A DNA stretch of 64,000 nucleotides from Nitrospirota bacterium (GCA_015233015.1 JADFYO010000015.1:450-64449); one strand, 5' to 3'. Shown: positions 1-9,585, counted from the first letter of the stretch. Notes: generated by a model not told the origin, from the letters alone. A program made the numbers and translations.

Positions 1-694
1 GGTATTTGCCATTGTAATGATGAGGCGTCTGCCCTATGTATTAACAGGCTGGTTTTGGTACATAGGGACCCTCGTGCCGGTGATAGGTTTTGTGCAGGCG
101 GGCTTACAGTCAATGGCCGACAGATATACGTATATGCCATATGTGGGATTATTTGTTATTGCCGCAATGGCGCTGCCGGCTGAAATTATTGGGACAACAC
201 GCGGCAAGGCCATAGTCTCGATTTCCGCCGCCGTGGTAATAATCCTGTTTGCGGTAAGGGCAAAGGAACAGGCCCATTGCTGGCAGACCTCAGTTACCCT
301 GTATCGACATGCCCTCGAGGTGGATGAGGATAATTACGTTGCCCACTACAATTTGGGGACTATTTACTTATCTGAGGGGAAGGCGAACGAGGCCGTTACG
401 GCCTTCAGGAAAGTTATCATGATTAAACCCACATATGTGCTTCCCTATATAAATCTGGGGATGGTCATGTTGTTTCAGCTTCAGAGGCCGGAGGAGGCTA
501 TTGCTTATTTTTATAAGGCCATCGAGCTAGACTCGTCAAGCGCAGACGCATATAATGGCGCCGGTGCCGCCCTTGCAATCTTAAAACGTCCCCGGCAGGC
601 AATACCGTTCTTTGAGAAGGCATTAGAGCTTGCCCCAGGATTTGAACTGGCACGCGCCAATCTTGATAGGGCGCGACGAGATGCCGGGCAGTGA
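1..694 (+). CDS. TPR-repeat membrane protein, C-terminal part (gene probably continues left of the window)
   Basis: The reading frame is open to the left edge. Hydrophobic segments are followed by several TPR-like 34-aa repeats (AHYNLGTIYLSEGKANEAVTAFRKVI; PYINLGMVM..EEAIAYFYKAIEL; ADAYNGAGAAL..AIPFFEKALEL). Confidence 0.7.
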   Translation, partial: VFAIVMMRRLPYVLTGWFWYIGTLVPVIGFVQAGLQSMADRYTYMPYVGLFVIAAMALPAEIIGTTRGKAIVSISAAVVIILFAVRAKEQAHCWQTSVTLYRHALEVDEDNYVAHYNLGTIYLSEGKANEAVTAFRKVIMIKPTYVLPYINLGMVMLFQLQRPEEAIAYFYKAIELDSSSADAYNGAGAALAILKRPRQAIPFFEKALELAPGFELARANLDRARRDAGQ

Positions 695-698
695 GCCG

Positions 699-1460
699 CT
701 AGGGCATTCGTTTGTCTTTGTTCTTCATCTTTTTCCACTTATACCAGATGATTTCGTTGCTTCCGGAGGGGTAAATGAGGCGTTTTATCTTGCGGTATGG
801 GGCGCCCCACAGGCGGTTATACCAGCTGTTAAAGCCGGTGCGTCTGGCAAGGGACAGCTCATGGGCAGTCATCAGCTGCGGCTGAAAGCGTTTCTTATGT
901 TTGTAGATATGATAGATGTCCTCTCTGATAAGGCTGTCAAATATCCTGCCGCTGATGATGCCCAATATCCACGGCAGCGGCCTGAAGTATATGCTGACCT
1001 GAAAATCTATGAGATAGGGGCGGCTGTCCTCGCCGACGATGATATTGCCGAGTTTATTGAGGTCGAGATAGAATATGCGCCTTTGATGGAGCTGTTTTAT
1101 TATAGTCATCAGACCGTCGAAAAAGTCTTCGGGCAGTGTGCCCCCAAACTCATGAAGCGTAGTGCCCTCGGCAAAGCGATGAAAGTATCCCCTCATTCCA
1201 AACCTAGGCCCAAGAGGAGGAACGCCCTCTATGCCGTCAACCTTTTTATATATGCCATACTCCCGCCGCGAAAAAAACATAGCCAGAGGCCGCAGCAGTA
1301 TCCCGAATATGAACCGGAAGTCGGAGAGTTTTAAAACATATCTCACGCCGCCGCCGTTTTTATACAACACATTGACAGAAAAGAAGTCGTCCTTCAGTAT
1401 CTTTTCATACATGAAGACTTCCCCGTTTATCTCTACCTGTGAAGGATATCTTGTATTCAT
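699..1460 (-). CDS. protein-kinase-like fold protein (Kdo/LPS-kinase or RIO-like family)
   Basis: 253 aa. YVLKL resembles the beta3 Lys strand, FYLDLNKLGNIIV resembles the catalytic loop (D..N), and YLIDFQ resembles the DFG-equivalent. Family assignment is approximate. Confidence 0.5.
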   Translation of the reverse strand: MNTRYPSQVEINGEVFMYEKILKDDFFSVNVLYKNGGGVRYVLKLSDFRFIFGILLRPLAMFFSRREYGIYKKVDGIEGVPPLGPRFGMRGYFHRFAEGTTLHEFGGTLPEDFFDGLMTIIKQLHQRRIFYLDLNKLGNIIVGEDSRPYLIDFQVSIYFRPLPWILGIISGRIFDSLIREDIYHIYKHKKRFQPQLMTAHELSLARRTGFNSWYNRLWGAPYRKIKRLIYPSGSNEIIWYKWKKMKNKDKRMP

Positions 1461-1481
1461 CTCCCCTTGCTTCCGGAGGGT

Positions 1482-1925
1482 CTAATAAAGAATACCGGCT
1501 TTCTTTATTACGGAATCTTTAATAAGATCATCATCCGATTCGGCAGGATAATGAGATAATATAAAGCCTTCATCTGGATACCAATCAGGAGGAATGTCTT
1601 CTACCGGTATAGGTTCAATATTAACAGGTTCTTTATAGTTATCAACTTTTAATATGAAATATTGATTGATTTCAGGCTCTAAATATATGCTTCTTAAATC
1701 AATCTGTCCCAAATAGAAACGCTCCAGCTTATTTCGTGAAATTGCTACACAATAATATTCATCAAACTCAGAACCTCTATCATTTAATTCACAAATATAA
1801 ATTGTATCCACAGCATCTACTACCGTTATCAATATAGGCCCGTCATAGTAGTCCAAAATATTGTTAAGTGTAACTGTTATGCCAGTAGCTTGCGTATTCA
1901 AGATACCCTCCCTGCTTCTGCGCAT
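1482..1925 (-). CDS. hypothetical acidic protein, second gene of an overlapping pair
   Basis: 147-aa ORF that overlaps the upstream ORF by 28 nt. No recognisable motif. Confidence 0.45.
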   Translation of the reverse strand: MRRSREGILNTQATGITVTLNNILDYYDGPILITVVDAVDTIYICELNDRGSEFDEYYCVAISRNKLERFYLGQIDLRSIYLEPEINQYFILKVDNYKEPVNIEPIPVEDIPPDWYPDEGFILSHYPAESDDDLIKDSVIKKAGILY

Positions 1926-2293
1926 AATGTAATTGGATTAAATCCAGCCGACAGCCACCATGAATGATGTGATTCATGTGTGTAAATAGATGGGGTTGAT
2001 TTAATTAATCCACAGTCTTTGCCTAATATGAACGAAACAATTAAAAGGTCTCTGAAACGTGAATGCTTTTTTAGGCTTTTGCAACCGTCTACTGCACTAA
2101 ATATAGATACAGCCCTTTCAACGCATTCATCGACAGCGCTCCTGCGTTTGACTTCGAGTTTCTTTGTAGAATAGAAATCACTTTCGGCCGGAGGGAATGT
2201 CTTAACAATGCGATAAAATACCTTGCCATCTGGCGCAACAGCATCCTGCGGCGGACAATCTTCCGGTAAATCTTCAGCCCATTGCATATACAT
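1898..2293 (-). CDS. hypothetical protein, first gene of an overlapping pair
   Basis: 131-aa ORF with several Cys residues and a THESHHSWW motif. No family recognised. Confidence 0.45.
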   Translation of the reverse strand: MYMQWAEDLPEDCPPQDAVAPDGKVFYRIVKTFPPAESDFYSTKKLEVKRRSAVDECVERAVSIFSAVDGCKSLKKHSRFRDLLIVSFILGKDCGLIKSTPSIYTHESHHSWWLSAGFNPITLCAEAGRVS

Positions 2294-2373
2294 ATAGTAA
2301 CATAACGGTGAATATTACTCAATAAGTTTCGATACGGCGACCAAGAAAGTGTTATCCTGTGATAAACCTCTGC

Positions 2374-2401
2374 TTGACACGGCTTACACCTATGGTATAA
2401 C
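2374..2401 (+). promoter_or_regulatory. sigma70-like promoter candidate (TTGACA, 16-nt spacer, TATAAC)
   Basis: TTGACA at 2374-2379 and TATAAC at 2396-2401, about 45 nt upstream of the 2446 ORF and murJ. Confidence 0.35.
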
Positions 2402-2445
2402 CTATTCTTAAAATACGGATGATGTTACTTATAAGGTAAATCGAT

Positions 2446-2868
2446 ATGGACTGGAAATTTTCACCTCTTCAGGTACTAACCGGCGAGGTAATTTATTCGA
2501 TAGAAGATTATAGAAAAGACCTGAAAGAGGAGGTGCTGACGACCCTTGCCAATTTCAGCATGGATGAGTATTCGATAAATTTCTATATCGATTTTATCTA
2601 TACTCTGTTTTACTGGCTTGCCACTAATCAAACAGTCCTGACATACAGCAGGTTCATACAGTCGAGGCTGCCCGACGATCTGGAGCTGAAAAAGACCCTT
2701 ATTAATACCGAATTCCTATATTCCCTCGAAGTCGATAACGTCAACTTTGTCGATATGCTGCGGGCAATTCTTACTATCCTCACGCTGGGGTTTCTGAAAG
2801 ACGGCATGTCGCCTGAAGACGCAATGATTGCCTTGAAAAACGCCGCCGGTTTCGCCAGAGAAGTGTGA
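2446..2868 (+). CDS. hypothetical protein, overlaps the murJ start by 4 nt
   Basis: 140-aa ORF. Its stop overlaps the GTG start of murJ. No family recognised. Confidence 0.45.
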   Translation: MDWKFSPLQVLTGEVIYSIEDYRKDLKEEVLTTLANFSMDEYSINFYIDFIYTLFYWLATNQTVLTYSRFIQSRLPDDLELKKTLINTEFLYSLEVDNVNFVDMLRAILTILTLGFLKDGMSPEDAMIALKNAAGFAREV

Positions 2869-4436
2869 CCGAAAGAAGTAACATAGCAAGGTCTGCGTTT
2901 TCCATGACCGCGGCCACCTCGATTAGCCGCGTTCTGGGTTTTCTCAGGGATATGCTCGTTGCACGGTTTTTGGGTGCCGGGGGGTTGTCCGATTCCTTTT
3001 TCGTAGCATTCAGGGTGCCTAATCTTCTGAGAGAGCTGTTTGCCGAGGGTTCGATGTCATCCGGTGTAATCCCCGTCCTCTCGCAATATAATGCAACTAA
3101 AGGACAGTCGGCCGTCGCCGCCCTTGTCAGGGTTGCCTTCACGTTCATAGTCATATCGGCAGGGCTGGTCTGTTTAGCGGGAATTGTATTTGCCCCTCAG
3201 ATAATTCATCTCATAGCGCCGGGGTTCTCATCAAGCACAGTAAAATTCACTCAAACCGTCCTTCTTACGCGCATAATGGTTCCTTTTCTATTTTTTGTAA
3301 GCATTTCGGCCATTGTCATGGGCGCTTTGAACTCGAAGAAGATATTTTTTGTACCAGCTATGGCCTCGGCGTGGTTTAATATCGGGATAATTTCTACGAT
3401 AGCCGCGTTATATTTTGGTTTAGCCGAACGCTCAGTCGCCGTTGCCATAGGGGTTACGATTGGCGGGTTTTTTCAATTTGCCTCACAGGTGCCGACATTT
3501 TATAAATACGAGTTCACCTTAAAACCAAGTTTCACATTCAGACACCCCGGCCTGAAACAAATCGGGATGCTCATTCTGCCAGCAACATTAGGGACTGCCG
3601 TCTCTCAGTTTAATATATTTATCAGCACTATTTTGGCGTCCTATCTGCCCACGGGAAGCATAACGTATCTTTATTATGCCATGCGCCTAATTCAATTCCC
3701 CGTAGGCGTCTTTGGCGTTGCCATGGGGATGGCCGTCCTGCCGTCGCTCTCCGAACACGCGGCAAGGGGGGATTTCGACAGCCTCACGAAGGATTTTACA
3801 TTCTCTTTAAAACTCCTCTTTTCGATTACCGTTCCCTCGATGATAGGGTTGATTTCGCTGGGCGGACCAATTGTAAACGTCCTGTTTCAGCACGGGCACT
3901 TTGATTATCTGGCCACACAGGGCACGACGACTGCCCTGTTGTGTTACAGCGTTGGGATTTGGGCGATGGTTGGGGTGCGTGTCGTTGCCTCGACGTTTTA
4001 TTCCATGCAGGATACAAAGACGCCCGTAAGGGCTGCCGCCTTCACGCTTTGCATAAATATCGCCATTAGTGTCATTTTGATGCAGCACCTGTCGTATGCC
4101 GGTCTGGCGCTGGCAAACGCCATATCGTCCTCGGCGAACTTTCTTATCCTGTTTTATTTTCTGAACAAGAAACTCAGGCATATTGCCGTCAGGGGCATTA
4201 TAAAATCTTTTGCGAAGACGCTTCTGGCCGCGTTATCGATGGGGGTTGCCGGCTGGTATCTGGTTCATATAAGACAGTGGGACAGCTCCGGGCATACCCT
4301 CGTAAAATCCCTGTACCTTACCGTTATAATAGGAGTTTGCATGGGGGTTTATTTTGCCGCCGCCCATCTGCTAAAGAGCGAAGAGGTTGATTATATTGTG
4401 AAAATGTTTAAAAGAAAGATATTGGGGAGAGCATGA
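2865..4436 (+). CDS. murJ: lipid II flippase MurJ (MviN)
   Basis: 523 aa and polytopic. The N-terminus SRVLGFLRDMLVARFLGAG..SDSFFVAFRVPNLLRELFAEGSMSSGVIPVL is the MurJ signature. Confidence 0.9.
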   Translation: MTERSNIARSAFSMTAATSISRVLGFLRDMLVARFLGAGGLSDSFFVAFRVPNLLRELFAEGSMSSGVIPVLSQYNATKGQSAVAALVRVAFTFIVISAGLVCLAGIVFAPQIIHLIAPGFSSSTVKFTQTVLLTRIMVPFLFFVSISAIVMGALNSKKIFFVPAMASAWFNIGIISTIAALYFGLAERSVAVAIGVTIGGFFQFASQVPTFYKYEFTLKPSFTFRHPGLKQIGMLILPATLGTAVSQFNIFISTILASYLPTGSITYLYYAMRLIQFPVGVFGVAMGMAVLPSLSEHAARGDFDSLTKDFTFSLKLLFSITVPSMIGLISLGGPIVNVLFQHGHFDYLATQGTTTALLCYSVGIWAMVGVRVVASTFYSMQDTKTPVRAAAFTLCINIAISVILMQHLSYAGLALANAISSSANFLILFYFLNKKLRHIAVRGIIKSFAKTLLAALSMGVAGWYLVHIRQWDSSGHTLVKSLYLTVIIGVCMGVYFAAAHLLKSEEVDYIVKMFKRKILGRA

Positions 4437-5590
4437 TGGTCTCAGAAAAACTTTTTAATTGGATGAGGGAAATTCGGAGGGAAATCCACCGGCAGCCGGA
4501 ACTTGGATTTAATGAGATTAAGACCGCGGCGCTAGCTGCCGCCAAACTTACAGAACTTGGGATTGAGTTCAGAACCGGCGTTGCCAAAACAGGCGTGGTT
4601 GGATATATGGGGACGCATGGCCCGGTGGTTGCCCTGCGTGCGGACATGGACGCGCTGCCGGTTACAGAGTGTACGGGGTTGCCATTCGCGTCTGAGACGC
4701 CGGGGGTTATGCACGCCTGCGGGCATGACGGGCATGTGGCAATTGTGCTTGGGGCGGCATATCTTCTCAAACAAGACCCGCCGAAAGGCCGTATCGTTTT
4801 CATATTTCAACCTAATGAAGAGGGTTCGGGAGGGGCAAAGCCTATGATAGCGGAGGGAATACTCAACGGTATAGACGCCATATTCGCAGGCCACATAGAC
4901 CCCCGCTTCGATGCGGGGAAGATTATCCTGACGCCCGGCGTTAATAACGCCTACACCGACGGCTTCGATGTGGAAATAACCGGCAGAGCAGGCCACGCCG
5001 CTCGTCCGCAAGAGGCCATAGACGCGGTAGTAATTGCGTGTTCGATGGTAATGCAGATTCAGGGCATTATCTCGCGCAGTGTTGACCCGCTGAAACCCGC
5101 CGTCATCACAATAGGCGCGATTAACGGCGGCACTGTAAACAACGTCATAGCCGAATATGTCATATTAAAAGGAACGATAAGAACGCTTGACGACGCGACA
5201 AGACAGCTGATATTCAGAAAGCTGAAGGCGCTCGCGTCATCTTATGAGGCAATGCACGGCGCAAAAATAGAGGTCATATTTCATGACGGCTACCCGCCGC
5301 TGATAAATCATCCGGGGCAGTTCGAGACAGCGCAAGCTGCGGCTGCGGCCACAACAGGCAGCGATAATATAATAATCCATCCAACGCCAAGCATGGGAGG
5401 AGAGGATTTCGCCTTTTTCCTGGAGAAAATCCCGGGATGTTTCACGCGTTTCGGGGCACGCAAATCAGGCCACGAACAGTTCCCGCTTCACAACCCGAAC
5501 TTCGACTTTGACGAAGAGGTGTTAAAAACGGCGGCGGAGTTTATGGCCCGTGCCGTGCGCATGGAGATTGAAAAATTAGAGGCAAATTGA
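4433..5590 (+). CDS. M20-family amidohydrolase (N-acyl-amino-acid / hippurate hydrolase type)
   Basis: 385 aa with the motifs HACGHDGH, FQPNEEG and GGEDFAFF. Confidence 0.85.
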   Translation: MMVSEKLFNWMREIRREIHRQPELGFNEIKTAALAAAKLTELGIEFRTGVAKTGVVGYMGTHGPVVALRADMDALPVTECTGLPFASETPGVMHACGHDGHVAIVLGAAYLLKQDPPKGRIVFIFQPNEEGSGGAKPMIAEGILNGIDAIFAGHIDPRFDAGKIILTPGVNNAYTDGFDVEITGRAGHAARPQEAIDAVVIACSMVMQIQGIISRSVDPLKPAVITIGAINGGTVNNVIAEYVILKGTIRTLDDATRQLIFRKLKALASSYEAMHGAKIEVIFHDGYPPLINHPGQFETAQAAAAATTGSDNIIIHPTPSMGGEDFAFFLEKIPGCFTRFGARKSGHEQFPLHNPNFDFDEEVLKTAAEFMARAVRMEIEKLEAN

Positions 5591-5677
5591 CTTCTTTACT
5601 AAAATAGAGACTGCATAGTAGAATAAATAATATCTATTACAAGAGAAACGGGGATATAACGATTTGAGAGGTGCGAT

Positions 5678-5878
5678 ATGAAAATAAAGGCGGTATTTGT
5701 TAAAGACGGAGATTGGTGGGTAGCGTGGACAAATGATGTACCGGGGGCAGTCACGCAGGGAAAAACAATAGAAGAGGCCAGAGAAAACCTTCTTGACGCA
5801 ATAAGTGAGATGCAAAAACCTTTTGACTTGGAATCATTGCCAAAGCGAGAGGTAATATTAGAAGAAATAGAGGTATGA
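5678..5878 (+). CDS. hicB: HicB-family antitoxin
   Basis: 66 aa. VPGAVTQGKTIEEARENLLDAI is the typical HicB/UPF0150 core. It overlaps the downstream hicA by 4 nt. Confidence 0.8.
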   Translation: MKIKAVFVKDGDWWVAWTNDVPGAVTQGKTIEEARENLLDAISEMQKPFDLESLPKREVILEEIEV

Positions 5879-6066
5879 AGCGAAAAGAGTTGATACGACA
5901 CATAGAAAGATATGGATGTGTTCTATTGCGGGAAGGAGCTAAGCATAGCAGATATAAAAACCTCTGGGATATAGAGAAATCGGCGACTATCCCAAGACAT
6001 ACAGAGATTGCCGACTTGCTTTCAAGAACAATCTGCAAACAGCTTGGTATTCCGTATGTCAAATAA
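5875..6066 (+). CDS. hicA: HicA mRNA-interferase toxin
   Basis: 63 aa. KRKELIRHIERYGCVLLREGAKHSRY is the HicA/YcfA signature. Confidence 0.85.
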   Translation: MKRKELIRHIERYGCVLLREGAKHSRYKNLWDIEKSATIPRHTEIADLLSRTICKQLGIPYVK

Positions 6067-6076
6067 AGTATAGATA

Positions 6077-6868
6077 TTGACCGTGAATGGAGAAAAGCTA
6101 ACTCTATACCGGTATCGTCATTTAGAGGGTGAAGAACATCATTGCTGGACGAGGAAAATCATCACTGACTCAGTATTGTACTTTGCAAGCCCGTCAACAT
6201 TTAATGACCCGTTCGACTGTAGGGTTCACTATTCGAAAGATTATTCAAAAGATGATCTACTAAGTATGTTCAATAAATTAGCAAAAAAATATGAGCCTGA
6301 AATGAATCGCAAGGAACGTAGGGGGCGGGCTAAAGCACTATTAAAAATGGGTCGTAGTGAGTTGATACGTTTGCTGACGACTAGCTATCAAGACGGAGTT
6401 AATAATTATGGCATTCTATCTCTATCAGCCAACAACGACAATATCTTGATGTGGTCTCATTATGCTGCTGCTCATAAAGGGCTGTGTCTTAGGTTTGAAT
6501 TTACACCTCAGATACGATCAGAACTATTTTATAAATGGCCACTACCGGTTGAATATGAAGATTCTTATCCTAAAATTAAAATAACTAGTTCAAATAAGGA
6601 AATATCTGACTTATTTATTTTTACAAAAGCCATTGATTGGTGTTATGAAGAGGAGTATAGAACTATGGATTTCGACAATGGGCCTGGCGAAAAACATTTC
6701 CCTCCTGAACTCCTGACTGGGGTAATATTAGGTGCGCGAATGACACCGGAAAACAAAAGGGAAGTTGTAGGATGGGTGAGGGCGCGAAAAACTCCAACGG
6801 AGCTGCTTGAAGCACACATAAAAGAGGGGTCATTCTCGCTTGAAATTAAACCGTACAATGGTGATTGA
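6077..6868 (+). CDS. DUF2971-family protein
   Basis: 263 aa. LYFASPSTFNDPFD followed by MWSHYA is the DUF2971 hallmark. The start codon is TTG or GTG, 11 nt after hicA. Confidence 0.7.
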   Translation: MTVNGEKLTLYRYRHLEGEEHHCWTRKIITDSVLYFASPSTFNDPFDCRVHYSKDYSKDDLLSMFNKLAKKYEPEMNRKERRGRAKALLKMGRSELIRLLTTSYQDGVNNYGILSLSANNDNILMWSHYAAAHKGLCLRFEFTPQIRSELFYKWPLPVEYEDSYPKIKITSSNKEISDLFIFTKAIDWCYEEEYRTMDFDNGPGEKHFPPELLTGVILGARMTPENKREVVGWVRARKTPTELLEAHIKEGSFSLEIKPYNGD

Positions 6869-6911
6869 TACTAAAGTTGTAATCATATGTATAATAAACA
6901 TCCTGATAAAA

Positions 6912-6997
6912 GAATCATCCTGAGCCTGTCGAAGGATGCTCCTTTATCTCGCATTTCCACATATATCGGCCATCCTTCGACAGGCTCAGGATGATTC
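6912..6997. repeat. 86-bp palindromic intergenic element, copy 1 (27-bp perfect inverted arms, 32-nt spacer)
   Basis: gaatcatcctgagcctgtcgaaggatg at 6912-6938 is the exact reverse complement of 6971-6997. A near-identical copy lies at 57227-57312. Confidence 0.9.
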
Positions 6998-7197
6998 AAT
7001 TCTACTTACTTCTTCTACTTAATTCTTCTACTTACTTTTTTGAACGCATTTTGTTATGACGCGAGAACAAGGGCAAATAGTACAAGGTTGACAACAAACT
7101 AAGTAACTACCGCTTACTTACGATGGAGAACAAATTTACCGTGGCTTTCCCCCCATGCCAGCTTGACATGTATAGACAAATTGTCTATAATTATGTT

Positions 7198-7464
7198 ATG
7201 TTTGAGAGGGGTGAAGCAAAACGGCAAAAGAACCTTGATAAACATCGCCTCGACTTTCGGAATGCGCGGCTAATGTTTGATGGCCGAAAAGTGGTTCATG
7301 TGCCGGCATTCAAAAATACTGAGTCCCGTTTTGCTTCTATCGCCATTATTGCCGAGAAGTTTTACACGGTCGTGTGGACGTGGCGGGAAGACCGCCGCCG
7401 TATAATATCTTTCAGGAGGTCGCGCGATGGCGAGGAAAGGGCATATCGTCAAATACACGGATAA
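7198..7464 (+). CDS. brnT: BrnT ribonuclease toxin (DUF497)
   Basis: FERGEAKRQKNLDKHRLDF...RRIISFRRSRDGEERAY matches the BrnT pattern. The start is taken at the internal Met (7198) of ORF 7123-7464. Confidence 0.8.
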   Translation: MFERGEAKRQKNLDKHRLDFRNARLMFDGRKVVHVPAFKNTESRFASIAIIAEKFYTVVWTWREDRRRIISFRRSRDGEERAYRQIHG

Positions 7465-7756
7465 GGAATTGAGCAAGCTGGTCGAGCGTGAGGGGTCGCT
7501 TTCCGATTGGGATAAGGCTGCCAGCATGACACAGGCAGAGATCGAGGCCGGTGTTGCCTCTGATTCTGATGAGGCTGAAATGGTCATGGATTGGGATAAC
7601 GTCACAGTAGAGTTGCCGCACCCTAAGGCCGTTCTGAACATGCGAATTGACAGGGACATACTTGACTACTTCCGTAAGACCGGCAGAGGCTACCAAACCC
7701 TCATCAATGCCGTTTTGCGGTCTTATGTGCAACGGCGAGAGCCCCAGCAGAAGTAA
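7427..7756 (+). CDS. brnA: BrnA antitoxin
   Basis: 109 aa. The C-terminal RIDRDILDYFRKTGRGYQTLINAVLRSYV is BrnA-like. An AGGAGG ribosome-binding site precedes the ATG, and the gene overlaps brnT. Confidence 0.75.
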   Translation: MARKGHIVKYTDKELSKLVEREGSLSDWDKAASMTQAEIEAGVASDSDEAEMVMDWDNVTVELPHPKAVLNMRIDRDILDYFRKTGRGYQTLINAVLRSYVQRREPQQK

Positions 7757-7770
7757 AAGGTGTCACTCCA

Positions 7771-9585
7771 TTACGTCATAAATATGACCTCTTCATATGT
7801 GGTGATGCCTTCGAGCATTTTACGAATTGCCGCCTCGCGCAGCGTTATCATCCCGTCGGCGGCGGCGGCGGCGTATAGGTTATTGAGGTCAACTTTGTCC
7901 GAAAGCACCCTTCGCACCCGCTCAGTAAACTCCATGACCTCAAAGATAGCGGTTCGCCCGCGATAGCCCGTTCCCCGGCATTCGATACACCCCTCGCCGT
8001 AGTTTATTGTGTATGTGGTGTTTTTATCCAGCTTCAGGTATCCGGTTTCGTCCTCTGTCAATACGCGCTGGCTTTTACAGTGGACACATATCTTTCTAAC
8101 GAGCCGCTGGGCGATTATCCCTATCAGCGTCGATGAGATGAGAAATGACGGGATGCCCAAATCTAAAAGACGTGTGATAGAAGATGGAGAGTCGTTTGTG
8201 TGGAGCGTTGATAGGACAAGATGCCCCGTGAGGGCAGATTGAATGGCGTTGTCTGCGGTCTCTTTGTCTCTTATCTCACCAACCATTATTATGTCAGGGT
8301 CCTGGCGCAGGATTGTGCGAAGCATGGTGGCGAATGTGACGCCGATTGACTGCTGTACGCTGACCTGATTAAACTCCTCGATGACCATCTCGATAGGTTC
8401 CTCGAGCGTTACGATGTTTACTTCCGGGCTGGACAGAATTCTAAGTGATGAGTATAAGGTTGTGGTCTTGCCGCTTCCCGTTGGGCCGGTAACGAGGATT
8501 ATGCCGTTAGGCCGTCTGATAAATGAGTCATAGAGTTGATATTCACGGGGATAAAATCCTAGTTTTTCAATATCCTGCATCATCATGTCGGGGTCGAATA
8601 TCCTTATGACGATTTTCTCTCCAAAGGCGGTTGGCAGGGTTGATACACGCAGCTCAAGCTCCTTGTCGTTGTGGCTGGTCTTTATTCTGCCGTCCTGAGG
8701 GCGACGTTTTTCGGTTATATCCATTCGGGAGAGCATCTTTATTCTTGAGGTGATAGGGGCGTGGACTGCCTTAGGTGTTGAGTGTACGGTATGAAGAATG
8801 CCGTCAATTCTGAGCCTTACGATGGACTTATCGCGCTTTGGCTCAATGTGTATATCGCTTGCCCGCTGGTCAAAGGCATACTGAAATAGGTACGAGACTG
8901 CCCTGACTATGTGCGAGTCGGTGGCGTCAATCTCCCCTTGTCCCCTTAGTTTTACGAATTGCTCGAGATTACCAAGGTCAACGCCGGGCTGCATCTCCGC
9001 CTGAGCGGCCGCGATAGAGGAATGAAAACCGAAAAACTCCCTTACGATTTTCAGCACATCGCTCTTTGAGCTTAACACGAGGCGTGTTTTTAGATTCTTC
9101 GCGTGCTTGAGGCTTTCAACGGCCTCCATATCGTATGGATCAATTACCGCCAGTGTGATTACTCCGGCATTGTTTTCAACGGGCACTATCATGTGCCTCA
9201 GGGCGAATGGGCGTGGAACGTGCCCCGTTACTACGTCGAGTTCGAGCTTAATAGGGTCAAGTTTCATGTACGGCAGGCCTGTCTCCGCGGCAACTGCCTC
9301 GGTGATGACGTCTTCGTTAAGGAGTTTGCCACCCGCACCCGGTATCTCAAGCTCCAGTGCGGCAATTGCCTCTGCCGGGGTGACAACTACGATGCCTTGT
9401 GAGGTGCGTTTATTAGCGCCTCCCGCCTCGTTAAGCAGCCGGAGTCTGGTCATCTGTTCCTCGCCCCTTGCCGCAATGTCCGAATAAGATTCCTTTGTTA
9501 TCAGCCGTCTTTTAAGCAGAAAGGCTGCGGTCATTTCGATTGTCAGGCGTTTCTTCGATGCCTTATCTGTCGGCCTGTTAGTCAA
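7771..9585 (-). CDS. GspE/PilB-family secretion ATPase
   Basis: 604 aa. It has Walker A GPTGSGKTT, a His box LVLSTLHTN, and the tetracysteine CVHC..CIEC. Confidence 0.85.
   Translation of the reverse strand: MTNRPTDKASKKRLTIEMTAAFLLKRRLITKESYSDIAARGEEQMTRLRLLNEAGGANKRTSQGIVVVTPAEAIAALELEIPGAGGKLLNEDVITEAVAAETGLPYMKLDPIKLELDVVTGHVPRPFALRHMIVPVENNAGVITLAVIDPYDMEAVESLKHAKNLKTRLVLSSKSDVLKIVREFFGFHSSIAAAQAEMQPGVDLGNLEQFVKLRGQGEIDATDSHIVRAVSYLFQYAFDQRASDIHIEPKRDKSIVRLRIDGILHTVHSTPKAVHAPITSRIKMLSRMDITEKRRPQDGRIKTSHNDKELELRVSTLPTAFGEKIVIRIFDPDMMMQDIEKLGFYPREYQLYDSFIRRPNGIILVTGPTGSGKTTTLYSSLRILSSPEVNIVTLEEPIEMVIEEFNQVSVQQSIGVTFATMLRTILRQDPDIIMVGEIRDKETADNAIQSALTGHLVLSTLHTNDSPSSITRLLDLGIPSFLISSTLIGIIAQRLVRKICVHCKSQRVLTEDETGYLKLDKNTTYTINYGEGCIECRGTGYRGRTAIFEVMEFTERVRRVLSDKVDLNNLYAAAAADGMITLREAAIRKMLEGITTYEEVIFMT

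Noticed and set aside
630-1334. 234-aa plus-strand ORF
   Set aside because: It is entirely antisense to the 699-1460 kinase-like gene, which carries recognisable catalytic-loop motifs. The plus-strand product has no motifs and looks like a shadow ORF.
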